Source of the DNA: Eledone cirrhosa
Taxonomy: Eukaryota
Assembly: GCA_964016885.1 (NCBI GenBank)
Contig: OZ024741.1
Span: forward strand, 238,204,001-238,268,000
Direction of reading: 5' to 3'
Length of the DNA: 64,000 nucleotides
Positions within the stretch are counted from its first letter, which is position 1. Each line of letters begins with the position of its first letter. Below the pieces are notes generated by a model. The model saw nothing but the letters and a program-made list of their open reading frames with translations, did not search any database and was not told the origin of the DNA. The translations under genes and the position numbers were made by a program. Positions 10,325-22,740 of this stretch are shown here, piece by piece.

Positions 10325-12724
10325 CTGTGGAACTGGTGGAAGTCTCCTTTGTGTTGTTGAGAATTTCCACTCGTCTGGTAGCTGTTCCATCTCTGGATAA
10401 AACTGACCTTTAGATTTTATTGTCTGAAGATTTCTGTTAAATATCTCTTCTGCATTTCTGGTTATTGCAACAGGATTGTTAGTTTGATACAATAATTGTC
10501 TCATCTCAGTCTGAGACAGAAAGTTTGGATTATCTGCTGTTGTAGGTGAGTTATTGGTGTGATTAATACATCTGAAAACACACAGTGTTATTGACACTAC
10601 AATAGCCACAGATATTATTACAGCTGCTGCTACAATGATAATTACCCAAGTCATATTGAGATCATTACCAGACTGTAAGTGGACAGCATTCAACATTGGA
10701 GATGTATCATTACTAACAAACAGTGTTAGTATGATAACAGTTGTTGCTGATTGAACTGGAGTACCACCATCTTTCACTATAAACTGTAGGTCATATGTTC
10801 CTGCATCATTTTGGTAAACTGTCCGAGAGAAAGATAAGACACCAGTATGGGAGTTGACTGTAAACAGGTTTTTATCATTAGATCTCAGTATTCCATATGT
10901 GAGGAAAGCATTGTTTCCAGTGTCTTTGTCAGAGGCTTTAAGAATGGTGATGTCTTTCTTACTGTGTGGATGGTAGTGGACATCTAGATTGTAAGGGTCA
11001 TTAATAGGAAAGGTAAAATAGGGAGCATTATCATTTTTATCTAGAATCTCAATAACAATATTGGCAGTGTCATTCAGAGAAGGTGTTCCATTATCTTTGA
11101 CTAAAACCTGGAAGTTATAGATGTCTTTTACTTCCCGGTCTATTGATTGTGATGTAGAAATAAATCCATATTTTGTAAGTTGGAAAGGAATAATATCATT
11201 GTTGTTATCATTGATGATAGAATATGTAAGTAGACCTCCATCTTCAAGATCAGGGTCTGTAGCATTGATGAAGCCAATAGGGAAGTCAACTTTCTGGTTT
11301 TCATAGGTGAGGAATTGGAATGTATCTTTGGTAAAATGTGGCTGTACATCATTGACATCAGTTACTTTCACTGAGAAATACTTCTTAGTTTCTAGTTGAG
11401 GTGATCCCATGTCATGACATGCAATAGATACTTTATAGTGGTCCTTTATTTCTCTATCAAGATGTCCCTTAACAATCATTTTATATTCTTTAGAATCTAT
11501 TTTGGTAAGTTTAAATTTATCATGTTTTAAATCACAGCTAACCTCACCATTAGGTCCAACATCAGTGTCAGTGACCATAACATAAGCTATAAAACTATCT
11601 ATTTCACTGTCTTCTGAAACTGCTGTGGAACTTTCTGTCAAAGGTGATACAAAATCTATATTTATCACTGGAGCATTATTCTGGTTATTAATTATGTAAA
11701 TATGAACTCTGGTAACAGACTTTAGGGGAGGTTTGCCCTCATCTTGTGCATCAATAAACAATTTATAAGATTGCATCTTGCTAACGTGAAAATTATCATG
11801 TAAATACAACTCTCCAGTTTTCTTATCTAATACAAAATATTTCTGGACATTTCGAGATGTTTTATGGTTGAAATGATAAGAAATCTTTCCATTGTCTCCA
11901 GAATCTAGATCTGTGGCTTTTAATGTAAGAATTGGTAAATGTCTTTGATGTGAATTATTTATAGATATGTTGTAGACTTTCTGTGAAAATACAGGTGTGT
12001 TATCATTAACATCTGTCACAGCTATGTGTACCTTGAGGGTAGCTGTCTGTGGAGGGTTCCCTCCATCTTTAGCTTCAAGTGTCAACATATATGAGTCTTT
12101 TATTTCCCTGTCTAATTTATCTTCTAAATTTAGGGCTGGTATGAAGACACCATCATCTTGTTTTGTGACAAAAAGAGAAAATGGTTCTTTCTTACTTTTT
12201 CTTATCATGTATGTAATTTGAGAATTCTTTATTGAAATATCTTGGTCAATGGCATTTGGAAGAAGATTTTTAGTCCCTTTACTATCTCTCTCTAGAAATT
12301 CAATTGTAACTTCATTCACTGGAAATTCTGGTGAATGATCATTGATGTCTTCTATAAATATTTTTATTTTAAGAATTTTCATGAAGGTTTTTCCCTTCCT
12401 CACTGCTACTTTAACAATTCTGGAACATTCCTTGTTATATGTACACAGAGACTCAGCATCCAGTGTCTGTGTAGTGTATAGTTTTCCTGTGTTGGTGACA
12501 TTGAATAAGTGAGAACCACTTGACACCGTCCTTTGCAGTTGTGTAAATGTTATGAGAGTGTGTTGTTGATGTGTAAGAGAGTGTGTTAAGTTAGAATCAA
12601 CAGCAATGTCTCCTATATAGGTGTGAAGACTGTCTTCTTCATTGACATGGTATGTAATGTCTATAGACAGTACAAGGTTTATCAATAAATGTAGTAGACA
12701 GAGTAGACCAATATATGTTGTCAT
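10325..12724 (-). CDS. Protocadherin P2 large exon (800 codons; SP, 6 EC, TM, proximal tail)
   Basis: Cadherin motifs DxNDxxP, LDRE and DxD; EC1 C-x5-C; TM WVIIIVAAAVIISVAIVVSITLCVF; donor CAG|GTAAAT after PVPQ. Confidence 0.96.
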
Positions 12725-14452
12725 GTCTGGAATTCTTCATCACACTTTAGCTGTAGAAATGTCTACAAAAGACAACTCAAATATTTAAATTCTATGTAAC
12801 AAATATAATATCAAATCATTTTAGAAACCATTTTAAAATGATGTTTCTATTACTAATTACACTCTGGCCTAAGCCCACATAATATTGCTGATATACCTCT
12901 AAAATATCTCAAATTTCAAGGAATTATTGTATTTCCCAGGAGTTTAAATTAGTGGGAACTATGCAAATTACTCATAATTATAAGACATAATTAATACATA
13001 ATGACTTAAAAATACATCTTCAGGAAAACATTGTTTTAATAAGGAAGTTATTAAAGAACAGTGATAAGTAAAGAAAACCAAAGTGTTCATAGAATTTTAG
13101 TTGACTCTAATCAGAACAGATATAATGGGTAGTCTTCAAGTGAAATTTAATCAAGGGAGTTTCAGATTCAGGACATGATAACTTGGATTTAGTCAATCAA
13201 TATATTCATCTAATAATTTATTTTAAACAAGAATTTCCATATTCTCTAGCCCTTCGCCAATTTCTTGTTACTTAATCTTGCTTTTAATTTTTTTTCATAT
13301 TTATGTAACCATCGATGATTTTTTAAGCCAACTTTGTGAATATTTATAATTGTGTTTACAAAATTATTGGAAATACTTTACAATAGTATTTTTTCTAAAT
13401 GATGATAAAATATTTCAGTGAATTTTGTTGTTGAAAAAAAATTATTATTTTAATAAAATATTTAAATTGTTTTATTAAATTAATTACAAGAAAAATAAAA
13501 ACAATTTTTATATATGATATGTAAAGTTTATATTATACTGCTACATTTAAAATAATTCCTGGTAAGATTTGTTACTAACAACTATAATGTAATATACCTC
13601 ATTTTTACAAACATCAATATTACTATTTCTTAACAAATTTATAATATACATCTATTATTGTTAGAATTAATATCTTTTAACAACACATAACAATATCCTC
13701 AGTTTATATATCACACTAAATATGGTAAAATACTTAGATTAAATTATATTTATCATTTTAATAAACAAAGAAATATATAATGTATATTTACTGAGATATA
13801 TAAGATAGTAATGATCTTGTAGACTTCATTAAAGCTAAAGAAGGATTAACATTTAATTACTGATTTATTACACAAAACAGCGATACAAATTTCACAACAT
13901 AGCTTATTAACATCCACTTTTACAGTCAATGTTTTCTCAGAGTTAAATAAAGCTATACACCATGTTTGAAATATATTATTCAAATATAGATTTCAATATA
14001 CAGTAGCAGTATATTTATAGATTAATATCTCTTGTACAATGTGTCTTGTGTGATTCTGACATTAAAATATGTAGTCTTTCTAGAATTGTACTAATACAAC
14101 TGCAGTTGTTTTCAATGATATAAATGATGATAAGATCTCTCTATCCTCTATTGTCTTCACCCTTTTAGATAAATATGATGATGATGACAACATGGCAAAC
14201 ATATTCAGCTTTGTTAGCTGCTGTATTAAATGGTGAAAAGGATAGTGAAATTTCTCTGTTTTCTACTGTCCCAGTCCCTATATAACTTGGGAGGCATGTT
14301 AGGTATTATCTTTGCTCTGTAATTCACTATAAATACATAATATATATGTTATAATGAATATGAAAATATAATACAGGTAGAGAAAGATGTAGATAGATAG
14401 ATAGTCAAATAGATAGATAGACCGAGAGAGAGACACAAACAGACAAATTTAC

Positions 14453-14790
14453 CTGCATTGTTTAATCCTGCACTGTAGTTGTGTGTGATGGATGATGTGT
14501 ATCCTGCTGTAGTATTCCAGTGTAACTGCTGCTACTGTCATGGTGGTGTTATTCCGTTACAGCTATTGTAGTAGCTTTCCAGTGTTACTACTACTATAGT
14601 AGTGATCCAGTGTAATAACTGCTGCTGTTGTTGTGTTCTAGTGTAACTGCTGATGTAGTAGTAAAATAGTGGCTGTGTGCAGTGGTGGTGGGATGTTAGC
14701 CAGATGGTGTTGGGGTGATAGTTACAACACTATGTCTTCCACACACACACAATTGTGTGTATCAGGAACAAAGAAAAAAGCTATCAGCCT
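14453..14790 (-). other. Putative 5' leader exon of P2 (splices to acceptor at 12762 or 12750)
   Basis: Conserved block ending ATGCAG|GTAAA; acceptor cttttgtag|AC. The 5' boundary is approximate. Confidence 0.7.
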
Positions 14791-14855
14791 CACTTTGAAT
14801 ATTGAAAGAAATATATAAAATCTCTCCCAGCCAATAAGAAATTACTGCAATGTTG
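14780..14855 (-). promoter_or_regulatory. Conserved promoter-like block of P2
   Basis: Same CCAAT/TATA-like block as 8671-8745. Confidence 0.6.
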
Positions 14856-15404
14856 TTTATGTAACAGAAACACATGAAATAGTTCAATTCATGGGAAAGT
14901 GAAGCAGCTTGATAATTTACATATGACAATATCACTGCATGACATATTCAGTATTAATAAATAAAAGATTTGTATTAAAAACTTAATATCTATATTTGAT
15001 CAATTATTATTAACTTCATTCAATCTTAATATGAGAGAATTATTCAATAACCATTTCTATCAGAAACAATTTTATGATAGAGAAGACAGTCAAGGTTTAT
15101 TACGTTAACATTACCAAAACAAAATGAATAATTTAAATATATTCTAGGATAGCTTAAATTTATTTATCTATATTTTGTAGAATGTACGCTAATATTCTTG
15201 TTAAAATAAATATGTATTTTGTTATAGAATAGGCTATTTAAAAAAAAATATATTATAAATCAGGGATTATAATAGAAGCCACTATAATGCAACTGTGTGA
15301 TGTGAGAAAGGAATATAAAGTTGATATTTCTATTTCAATATAAAGTATCCTATAACATTTGGTGTGTGTGAGAGAATCCTTTAACAAAAGTGATGGGACA
15401 TCTA

Positions 15405-15484
15405 CTATGTTGGCTGTAGATAGGTATCTTGTACTTGTTGTCCCTTTTGTATTGTGGCTGGAACTGGATTGTCATTGGTATATT
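15405..15484 (-). CDS. Protocadherin P3 terminal coding exon
   Basis: 80 nt, ttccag|AA acceptor, TAG stop; paralogous to 9682-9761. Confidence 0.8.
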
Positions 15485-15643
15485 CTGGAAAATATAAAAT
15501 ATAGAAACAGAAATTATATTTCAATATAACAACTCTGTAAAGATATAAACATTGTTGTTATATTACACTAAACATAACATTAAATATTGTCTTACAGTAA
15601 TAAAGAGACTTATATTTCTATGTTATGTTTAGATAAAAGTTAC

Positions 15644-15791
15644 CTGGCTGTGCAGATATCTCTTCATATGGTTTACCCTTGCCAATACTCTTGTAACCTT
15701 CTCTGCTTTTTTGTGATGTTAAGGTGTCACTGTTGTAGTTAGACAAGCTGAGACTGGTGCGACCTTCATGACTATGGATTGAATCACATCT
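15644..15791 (-). CDS. Protocadherin P3 148-nt cytoplasmic exon
   Basis: Canonical AG/GT; paralogous to 9920-10067. Confidence 0.85.
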
Positions 15792-16126
15792 CTGTGGATT
15801 ATGAAAAAAAAGCTGAGTTTATCATAATGTTAACTTGAATAGTTTTATAAATATTATCTAAGATTTTCTTGCTATGGCACAAGATAAAGATAGTATGGTA
15901 AGAATCATATCTAAACTAATACTCTAAAACTAAAGAGTCATATCAACAGGAATATTATAATGAACTATTTTCTCTGTTAATATAAATAATGTAAAGAATA
16001 AACAAAAACAGATTTACATGGTAAATGAAATATTTATGTGTAAATATTAATTTTAGTCAATTCTGTAAAATGTAAAATTTTGAAAAAGTTATTTTCTTTC
16101 ATCAACGTTCTTCATTTACAAATTTC

Positions 16127-18685
16127 TGGTGAGGAATGTACCTCCAAATATAACTTAGTTGTCAGCGACCTCATTGTCAGAACTAGATGAACTTGGAAAC
16201 AGAAGGCAACCTGAAGAAAGATATGGAAGCTGAAAGACCCCTCAGCCAGTAACAGATTTAAAAGGTATCTTACTCGATGCCTATGACAGTAAAGAAGAAC
16301 AGATAGAGACATTCAATGTAGAACAGCACTGGGAGTTCCTAAAAAATAACTTACTAAAGGCGACGGACGAGATCTGTGGTTGGAGCAAAACCATAGGGAG
16401 GAGGAGAGTGAGTTGGTGGTGGAACAATAATGTAGATGAGGCAATTAAGGCCAAGAGACAGGCATGGAAAGAATGGAAGAAGGGGGGAAGCAGGTACATT
16501 ACATAGAGACCAGGAGGGAAGCTAGGTGACAAGTATTCTTAGCTAGAAGGGAAGCAGAAGATAGAAAATTCAAGCATATTTTGCAGCGTGAGGACCAGAA
16601 ACAGGAGGTGTTCAGGATTGCGAGGCAGTGTGTTAGAGAGAATTGTGATGTCAGTGGAGAGAAGTGTGTCCGGAATGATAAAGGTGAGCTTGCCCTCACA
16701 AGTGCTGAGAAGAAAGATGTGTGGAAGAGTCATTATGAAAGATTACTAAATGAGGAGAATGCATGGGAGAAAGAGACCCTACACTAAGTAGACCCTATAG
16801 AGGGGCCAACAGTACAAGTCAGCAGCAGCGTAGTAAGTAAGGCAATTAAAGATATGAAGTCTGGGAAGGCAACCGGTCTATCGGGTATAGCTGCCGAGGT
16901 GCTGAAAGCATCTGGGTCGGTAGGTCACACCATAACCACACGTATTGTTAACCAGGTAATACAAGAGGGTATCATACCAAAGGATTGGTGCAGCAGCATC
17001 ATTGTCAACTGCTACAAGAGTAAAGGTGATGCACTATATAAAGCTGATGGACCAGGTCATGAAACTAATGGAAAGAGTTATAGCACAGTTGATTAGGGAC
17101 TGGGTAAAACTAGATGAGATGCCCTCTTTCTTGTGAAGCAGTTACAGGAAAAGTACCTAGCCGCTCTACCTGGCATTCGTCGATCTGGAAAAAGCCTTCG
17201 ACAGAGTTCCCCATGCTATAATCCGGTGGGCTCTTAGAAAACTAGGAGTAGATGAATGGCTTGTAAAAGCTGTATAGGGGAGCAGACAGCAAGGTTAGGG
17301 TTAACAATGACTATAGCGAGGAATTTAGCATGCAGGTCGGTGTCCACCAGGGCTCTGTTCTTAGTCCTCTCCTGTTCATCATAGTTTTGCAGGCAATAAC
17401 GGAGGAATTTAAGACCGGATGCCCATGAGAACTCCTATATGCGGATGATCCCGCACTTATAGCTGAATCTATGGTGGAACTAGAGAAGAAATTCCAAACA
17501 TGGAAGCAGGGACTAGAAAGAAAGGGTCTCAAAGTTAACCTGACAAAGACTAAGGTCCTCATAAGTAGACGAGAAAACAGAACCCAGATCCCCTCAGGGA
17601 AATGGCCTTGCTCAGTATGTAGGAACTCCATCCTCTGCCAAATGTAAACAATGGGTACACAAGAGATGTAGGGAGATCTCAGGAAGCTTAGCTAAGAATG
17701 TAGGCTTTACATGTAGCAGCTGTGCTGGGACAGCAAGCAGCAAACGGCCACAGGAAACAAGTGCCACTAAACTCTGGGAGGGCTCTGTAGAAACAGTGGA
17801 CAGCTTTTGCTACCTAGGTGACCGAATTAACAGTGGAGGTGGGTGTTCGGAAAGTCCAGTAACCAGGTTAAGAACGGGGTGGGAACTACTGCCACTGCTA
17901 GCTGCAAATGGCTTTTCCCTCAAAAATGAAAGGCAGACTGTATGATGCGTGTATACGAACAGCAATGTTACATGGTAGTGAGACCTGGGCATTGTCTGTG
18001 GAAGGCTTACGTAGATTAGAAAGAAATGAAGCCTGCATGCTCCGATGGATGTGTAATAGTAATATACGCGAACGGCAAAGCATAAATGAATTGAGAGAGA
18101 GACTGAGCATAAGAGGAATCAAATGCTGTGTGCAGGAGAGGAGGTTGCGTTGGTATGGACATGTGATGCGTATGAAGGATGACAGCTGCATAAAAAGGTG
18201 CAGGGCACTAAAAGTCGATGGAAGTTGTGGAGTAGGGAGACACAAGAAGACCTAGGATTAGGTGATAAAAGCCGACCTTACCCAATTGCACCTCTCAAAG
18301 GCGATGACACACGACTGTGATCTCTGGCGTCACGCAGTAATACAGAAGACTCGACTTCCCACGGGTACAAGCCGAAGCTGAAGCATATAGACAATATGCC
18401 ACCCCCGCAAAGTCGTTTTGGAGGTGCCATGGCCAAAAAGCACCCAGCCCACTCTGTAAAGTGGACGTGTAGGCGCCATGGAAAAAAAGCACCCAGCACC
18501 CACTGTAAATGAGGTTGGCGTTAGGAAGAGCATCCAGCTGTAGAAATCAAACCTGAATCAGTTCCAGTATGAGCAAGACAAGGTCAGCCGTCCAGACACT
18601 GCTCATAACAAGACAACCCGTCCTAACCCATGCTACCATGGAAGAATGGACGTAAAATGGTGAAAATGATGATGATGATGAACAA
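16127..18685 (+). mobile_element. 5'-truncated, decayed RTE-clade LINE in a P3 intron (antisense to the gene)
   Basis: End of endonuclease, RT motifs (AFVDLEKAFDRVP, VGVHQGSVLSPLLF, ELLYADD), WPCSVC..WVHKRC finger, RLRWYGHVMR, and an (ATG)n tail. Absent from the matching introns of P4 and P5. Multiple stops and frameshifts. Confidence 0.92.
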
Positions 18686-18777
18686 CATATAAATAAAACA
18701 AGATGTTTAAGATATCTTATGAAGCATGTCATGAAAAATTAATATTCAATACTTGATTTATTTCAAATAATATTTAC

Positions 18778-21177
18778 CTGAGGAACTGGTGGAAGTCTCC
18801 TTTGTGTTGTTGAGAATTTCCACTCATCTGGTAGCTGTTCCATCTCTGGATAAAACTGACTTTTAGATTTTATTGTCTGAAGATTTCTAGCAAATATATC
18901 TTCTGCATTTCTAGTTATTGCAACAGGATTGTTAGTCTGATACAATAATTGTCTCATCTCAGTCTGAGACAGAAAGTTTGGATTATCTGCTGTTGTAGGT
19001 GAGTTATTGGTGTGATTAATACATCTGAAAACACACAGTGTTATTGACACTACGATAGCCACAGATATTATTACAGCTGCTGCTACAATGATAATTACCC
19101 AAGTCATATTGAGGTCGTTACCAGTCTGTAAGTGGACAGCATTCAACATTGGAGATGTATCATTACTAACAAACAATGTTAGTATGATAACAGTTGTTGC
19201 TGATTGAACTGGAGTACCACCATCTTTCACTATAAACTGTAGGTCATATGTTCCTGCATCATTTTGGTAAACTGTCCGAGAGAAAGATAAGACACCAGTG
19301 TGGGAGTTGACTGTAAACAGGTTTTTATCATTAGATCTCAGTATTCCATATGTGAGGAAAGCATTGTTTCCAGTGTCTTTGTCAGAGGCTTTCAGAATGG
19401 TGATGTCTTTCTTACTGTGTGGATGGTAGTGGACATCTAGATTGTAAGGGTCATTAATAGGAAAGGTTAAATAGGGAGCATTATCATTTTTATCTAGAAT
19501 CTCAATAACAATATTGGCAGTGTCATTCAGAGAAGGTGTTCCATTATCTTTGACTAAAACCTGGAATTTATAGATGTCTTTCACTTCCCGATCTATTGAT
19601 TGTGATGTAGAAATAAATCCATATTTTGTAAGTTGGAAAGGAATGTTATCATTGTTGTTTTCATTGATGATAGAATATGTAAGTTGACCTCCATCTCCAA
19701 GATCAGGGTCAGTAGCATTGATGAAGCCAATAGGGAAGTCAACTTTCTGGTTTTCATAGGTGAGGAATTGGAATGTATCTTTGGTAAAATGTGGCTGTAC
19801 ATCATTGACATCAGTTACTTTCACTGAGAAATATTTCTTAGTTTCTAGCTGAGGTGATCCCATGTCATGACATACAATAGATACTTTATAGTGGTCCTTT
19901 ATTTCTCTATCAAGATGTCCTTTAATAATTAAATTATATTCTTTAGAATCTATTTTGGCAAGTTTAAATTTATCATGTTTTAAATCACAGCTAACCTCAC
20001 CATTAGGTCCAACATCAGTGTCAGTGACCATAACATAAGCTATAAAACTATCTAGTTCACTGTCTTCTGAAACTGCTGTGGAACTTTCTGTTAAAGGAGA
20101 TACAAAATCTATATTTATCACTGGAGCACTATTCTGGTTATTAATTATGTAAATATGAACTCTGGTAACAGACTTTAGGGGAGGTTTTCCTTCATCACGT
20201 GCATCAATAAATAATTTATAAGATTGCATCTTACTAAAGTTAAAATTATCATGTAAAAATATCTCTCCAGTTTTCTTATCTAATACAAAATATTTCAGGG
20301 CATTTCGTGATGTTTTATGGTTGAAATGATAAGAAATCTTTCCGTTGTGTCCAGAATCTAAATCTGTGGCTTTTAAAGTAAGAATTGGTAAATGTCTTTG
20401 ATGTGAATTATTTATAGATATGTTGTAGACTTTCTGTGAAAATACAGGTGTGTTATCATTAACATCTGTCACAGCTATGTGTACTTTGAGGGTAGCTGTT
20501 TTGGGAGGGTTCCCTCCATCTTTAGCTTCAAGCATTAAGATATATGAGTCTTTTAGTTCCCTATCTAATTTCTCTTTTAAATTTAGGGCAGGTATGAAGA
20601 CACCATCATCTTGTTTTGTGACAGAGAGAGAAAATGTTTCGCTCTGACTTTTCTTTAACATGTATGTAATTTGAGAATTCTTTTTTGAAACATCTTGATC
20701 AATGGCATTTGGAAGAGAGATTTTATCTCCTTTACTGTCTCTCTCAAAAAATTCAATTGTAACTTCATTCTCTGGAAATTCTGGTGAATGGTCATTGATG
20801 TCTTCTATAAATATTTTTATTTTGATAATTTTCATGAAAGTTTTTCCTTTCCTTACTGCTACTTTAACGATTCTGGAACATTCCTTGTTATATGTACACA
20901 GTGACTCAGCATCCAGTGTCTGTGTAGTGTATAGTTTTCCTGTGTTGGTGACATTGAATAAGTGAGAACCACTTGACACTGTCCTTTGTAGTTGTGTAAA
21001 TGTAATGAGAGTGTGTTGTTGATGTGTAAGAGAGTGTGTTAAGTTAGAATCAACAGCAATGTCTCCTATATAGGTGTGAGGACTGGCTTCTTCATTGACA
21101 TGATATGTAATGTCTATAGACAGTACAAGGTCTATCAGTAAATATAGTAGACAGAGTAGACCAATATATGTTGTCAT
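18778..21177 (-). CDS. Protocadherin P3 large exon
   Basis: Same motifs as P2; donor CAG|GTAAAT at 18778. Confidence 0.96.
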
Positions 21178-21359
21178 ATCTGCAATTCTTCATCACACTT
21201 CAGCAGTAGAAATTTCTACAAAAGATATCAGTAGTATTTAAAGTCAAAGGAAAATTACATTAAAATATCTGATAAATATAGAAAATATTGTATAAAATAT
21301 ATTCCTATTCCGAATTACACTTCATTAAAGTCAAATGAAGAATTCAAATTAAACCATTT

Positions 21360-21880
21360 GGGATTTGGCAATCCATAATACAGTATATAAGTGGAGATAT
21401 CTGCTTGGAATGAACCATCAACTATTGTGGAATGGGATTTTCATTACAGTTAAAGAATGGGTGGAATACTTACTCCTTCATATAAGTTTATAACCACCAC
21501 CTCGTCTTTGAGTACTTTTTTGCACATTTAGCAAAGTTCCATGTGTGAGGAGTGAAGAATCTAATGTCTTTTATCCGAGGGTGAAAAAGGGGAGGTGGTA
21601 GCTGAATTTGCTAGGTTGCAGATAAAGTGATATCTGTAGTTTCTCTATATACCTCATTCTCAGGTTGCAGATAAAGTTATATCTGTAGGTTCTCTATATA
21701 CCTCACTATCAGATGAAGAGCAAAGACCAGACACACGGAAATTAAACTAATTAAATTATTCTCAAAGTTCTTCTATTGACTAACACTAGCCTACAACAAA
21801 GACCATCATCAGTTTCTTCAGATTCTAGATTCCCAACTGTCTTTAATGGAGTCCCTTTTGTTGTAATTATTCTGATCAGG
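21360..21880. mobile_element. Degenerate repeat shared with 28200-28590, possibly a Penelope-like terminal repeat remnant
   Basis: Block present in the first introns of P3 and P4 but not P2. Contains an internal ~45-bp direct duplication and a CAGATGA...GAAA motif. Confidence 0.35.
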
Positions 21881-22262
21881 CCACATAATATTGTTAATAT
21901 ATCTTTTAAATATTTCCAATATGAGGGGATTATTGCATTTCCCAGGAGTTTCAATTCCTGGGAAGTAAGTAATTATGATTAAAATTAGTCATAATTATTA
22001 AACATAATAAATACATCATGACTTAAACATACATCTTCAGGAAAAAATTGTTTTATGAAGGAAGTTATTAAAGAACAGTGATAAGTAAGGAAAACCAAAG
22101 TGTTCATAGAATTTTAGTTGACTCTAATCAAAACAGAAATATTAGGTAGTCTTAAAGTAAAATTTAATTAAGGGAGTTTCAGATTCACGACATGACAACT
22201 TGGATTTAGTCAATCAATATATTCATCTAATAATTTATATTAAACTACAACCCACATTAGAA

Positions 22263-22740
22263 TTACTAGCAGAAACACCACCCGAAGGGTGGTTTTCTGC
22301 TGGCAGGTGTAATGCGCATATTGATATTATATGCATGTAGATATGATACATCAAATAAAATCGTAATTGATAATATACACAGAAATTGAACGAAGACTGT
22401 GTTACACTGTCTTATGTAATCAGTAACGTAATCCATGATACATTAAAAAAAGATGATATTATATATAAACCGCATTAGGAGAAAATTAGTGACGGAAATA
22501 AATGGATGTTTATTTAAGAGATCGCTAACAAGTGTCGACATTTGAAAATTTTAAAGAAGTGAATCTTAAAATAAGCCACAAAATTATTTATATTTAATCA
22601 AGAATAACGAAATTTAGTAGATAAATTATGTAATATTCATTCATTATTTATTCAAAGTAATCCAACTTATTTTACAAACGGGATAAAAAAACATATTCTG
22701 GACGCAGTCCCACACTCCTTACTTTATCATAGTTTAGATA
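22263..22740 (+). mobile_element. Non-autonomous Helentron/DINE-like element
   Basis: Begins ACTAGC plus hairpin agcagaaacaccacccgaagggtggttttctgct. Absent from the matching P2 intron. An inverted copy lies at 38530-39050. Confidence 0.55.

Noticed and set aside
10345-10375. WKFSTTQ as a WIRS (WAVE-complex binding) motif
   Set aside because: It lacks the essential Phe of the phi-x-T/S-F consensus.
14500-14670. CRISPR-like or other prokaryotic repeat-spacer array
   Set aside because: Eukaryotic intron-containing context, degenerate units without unique constant-length spacers, and no cas genes.
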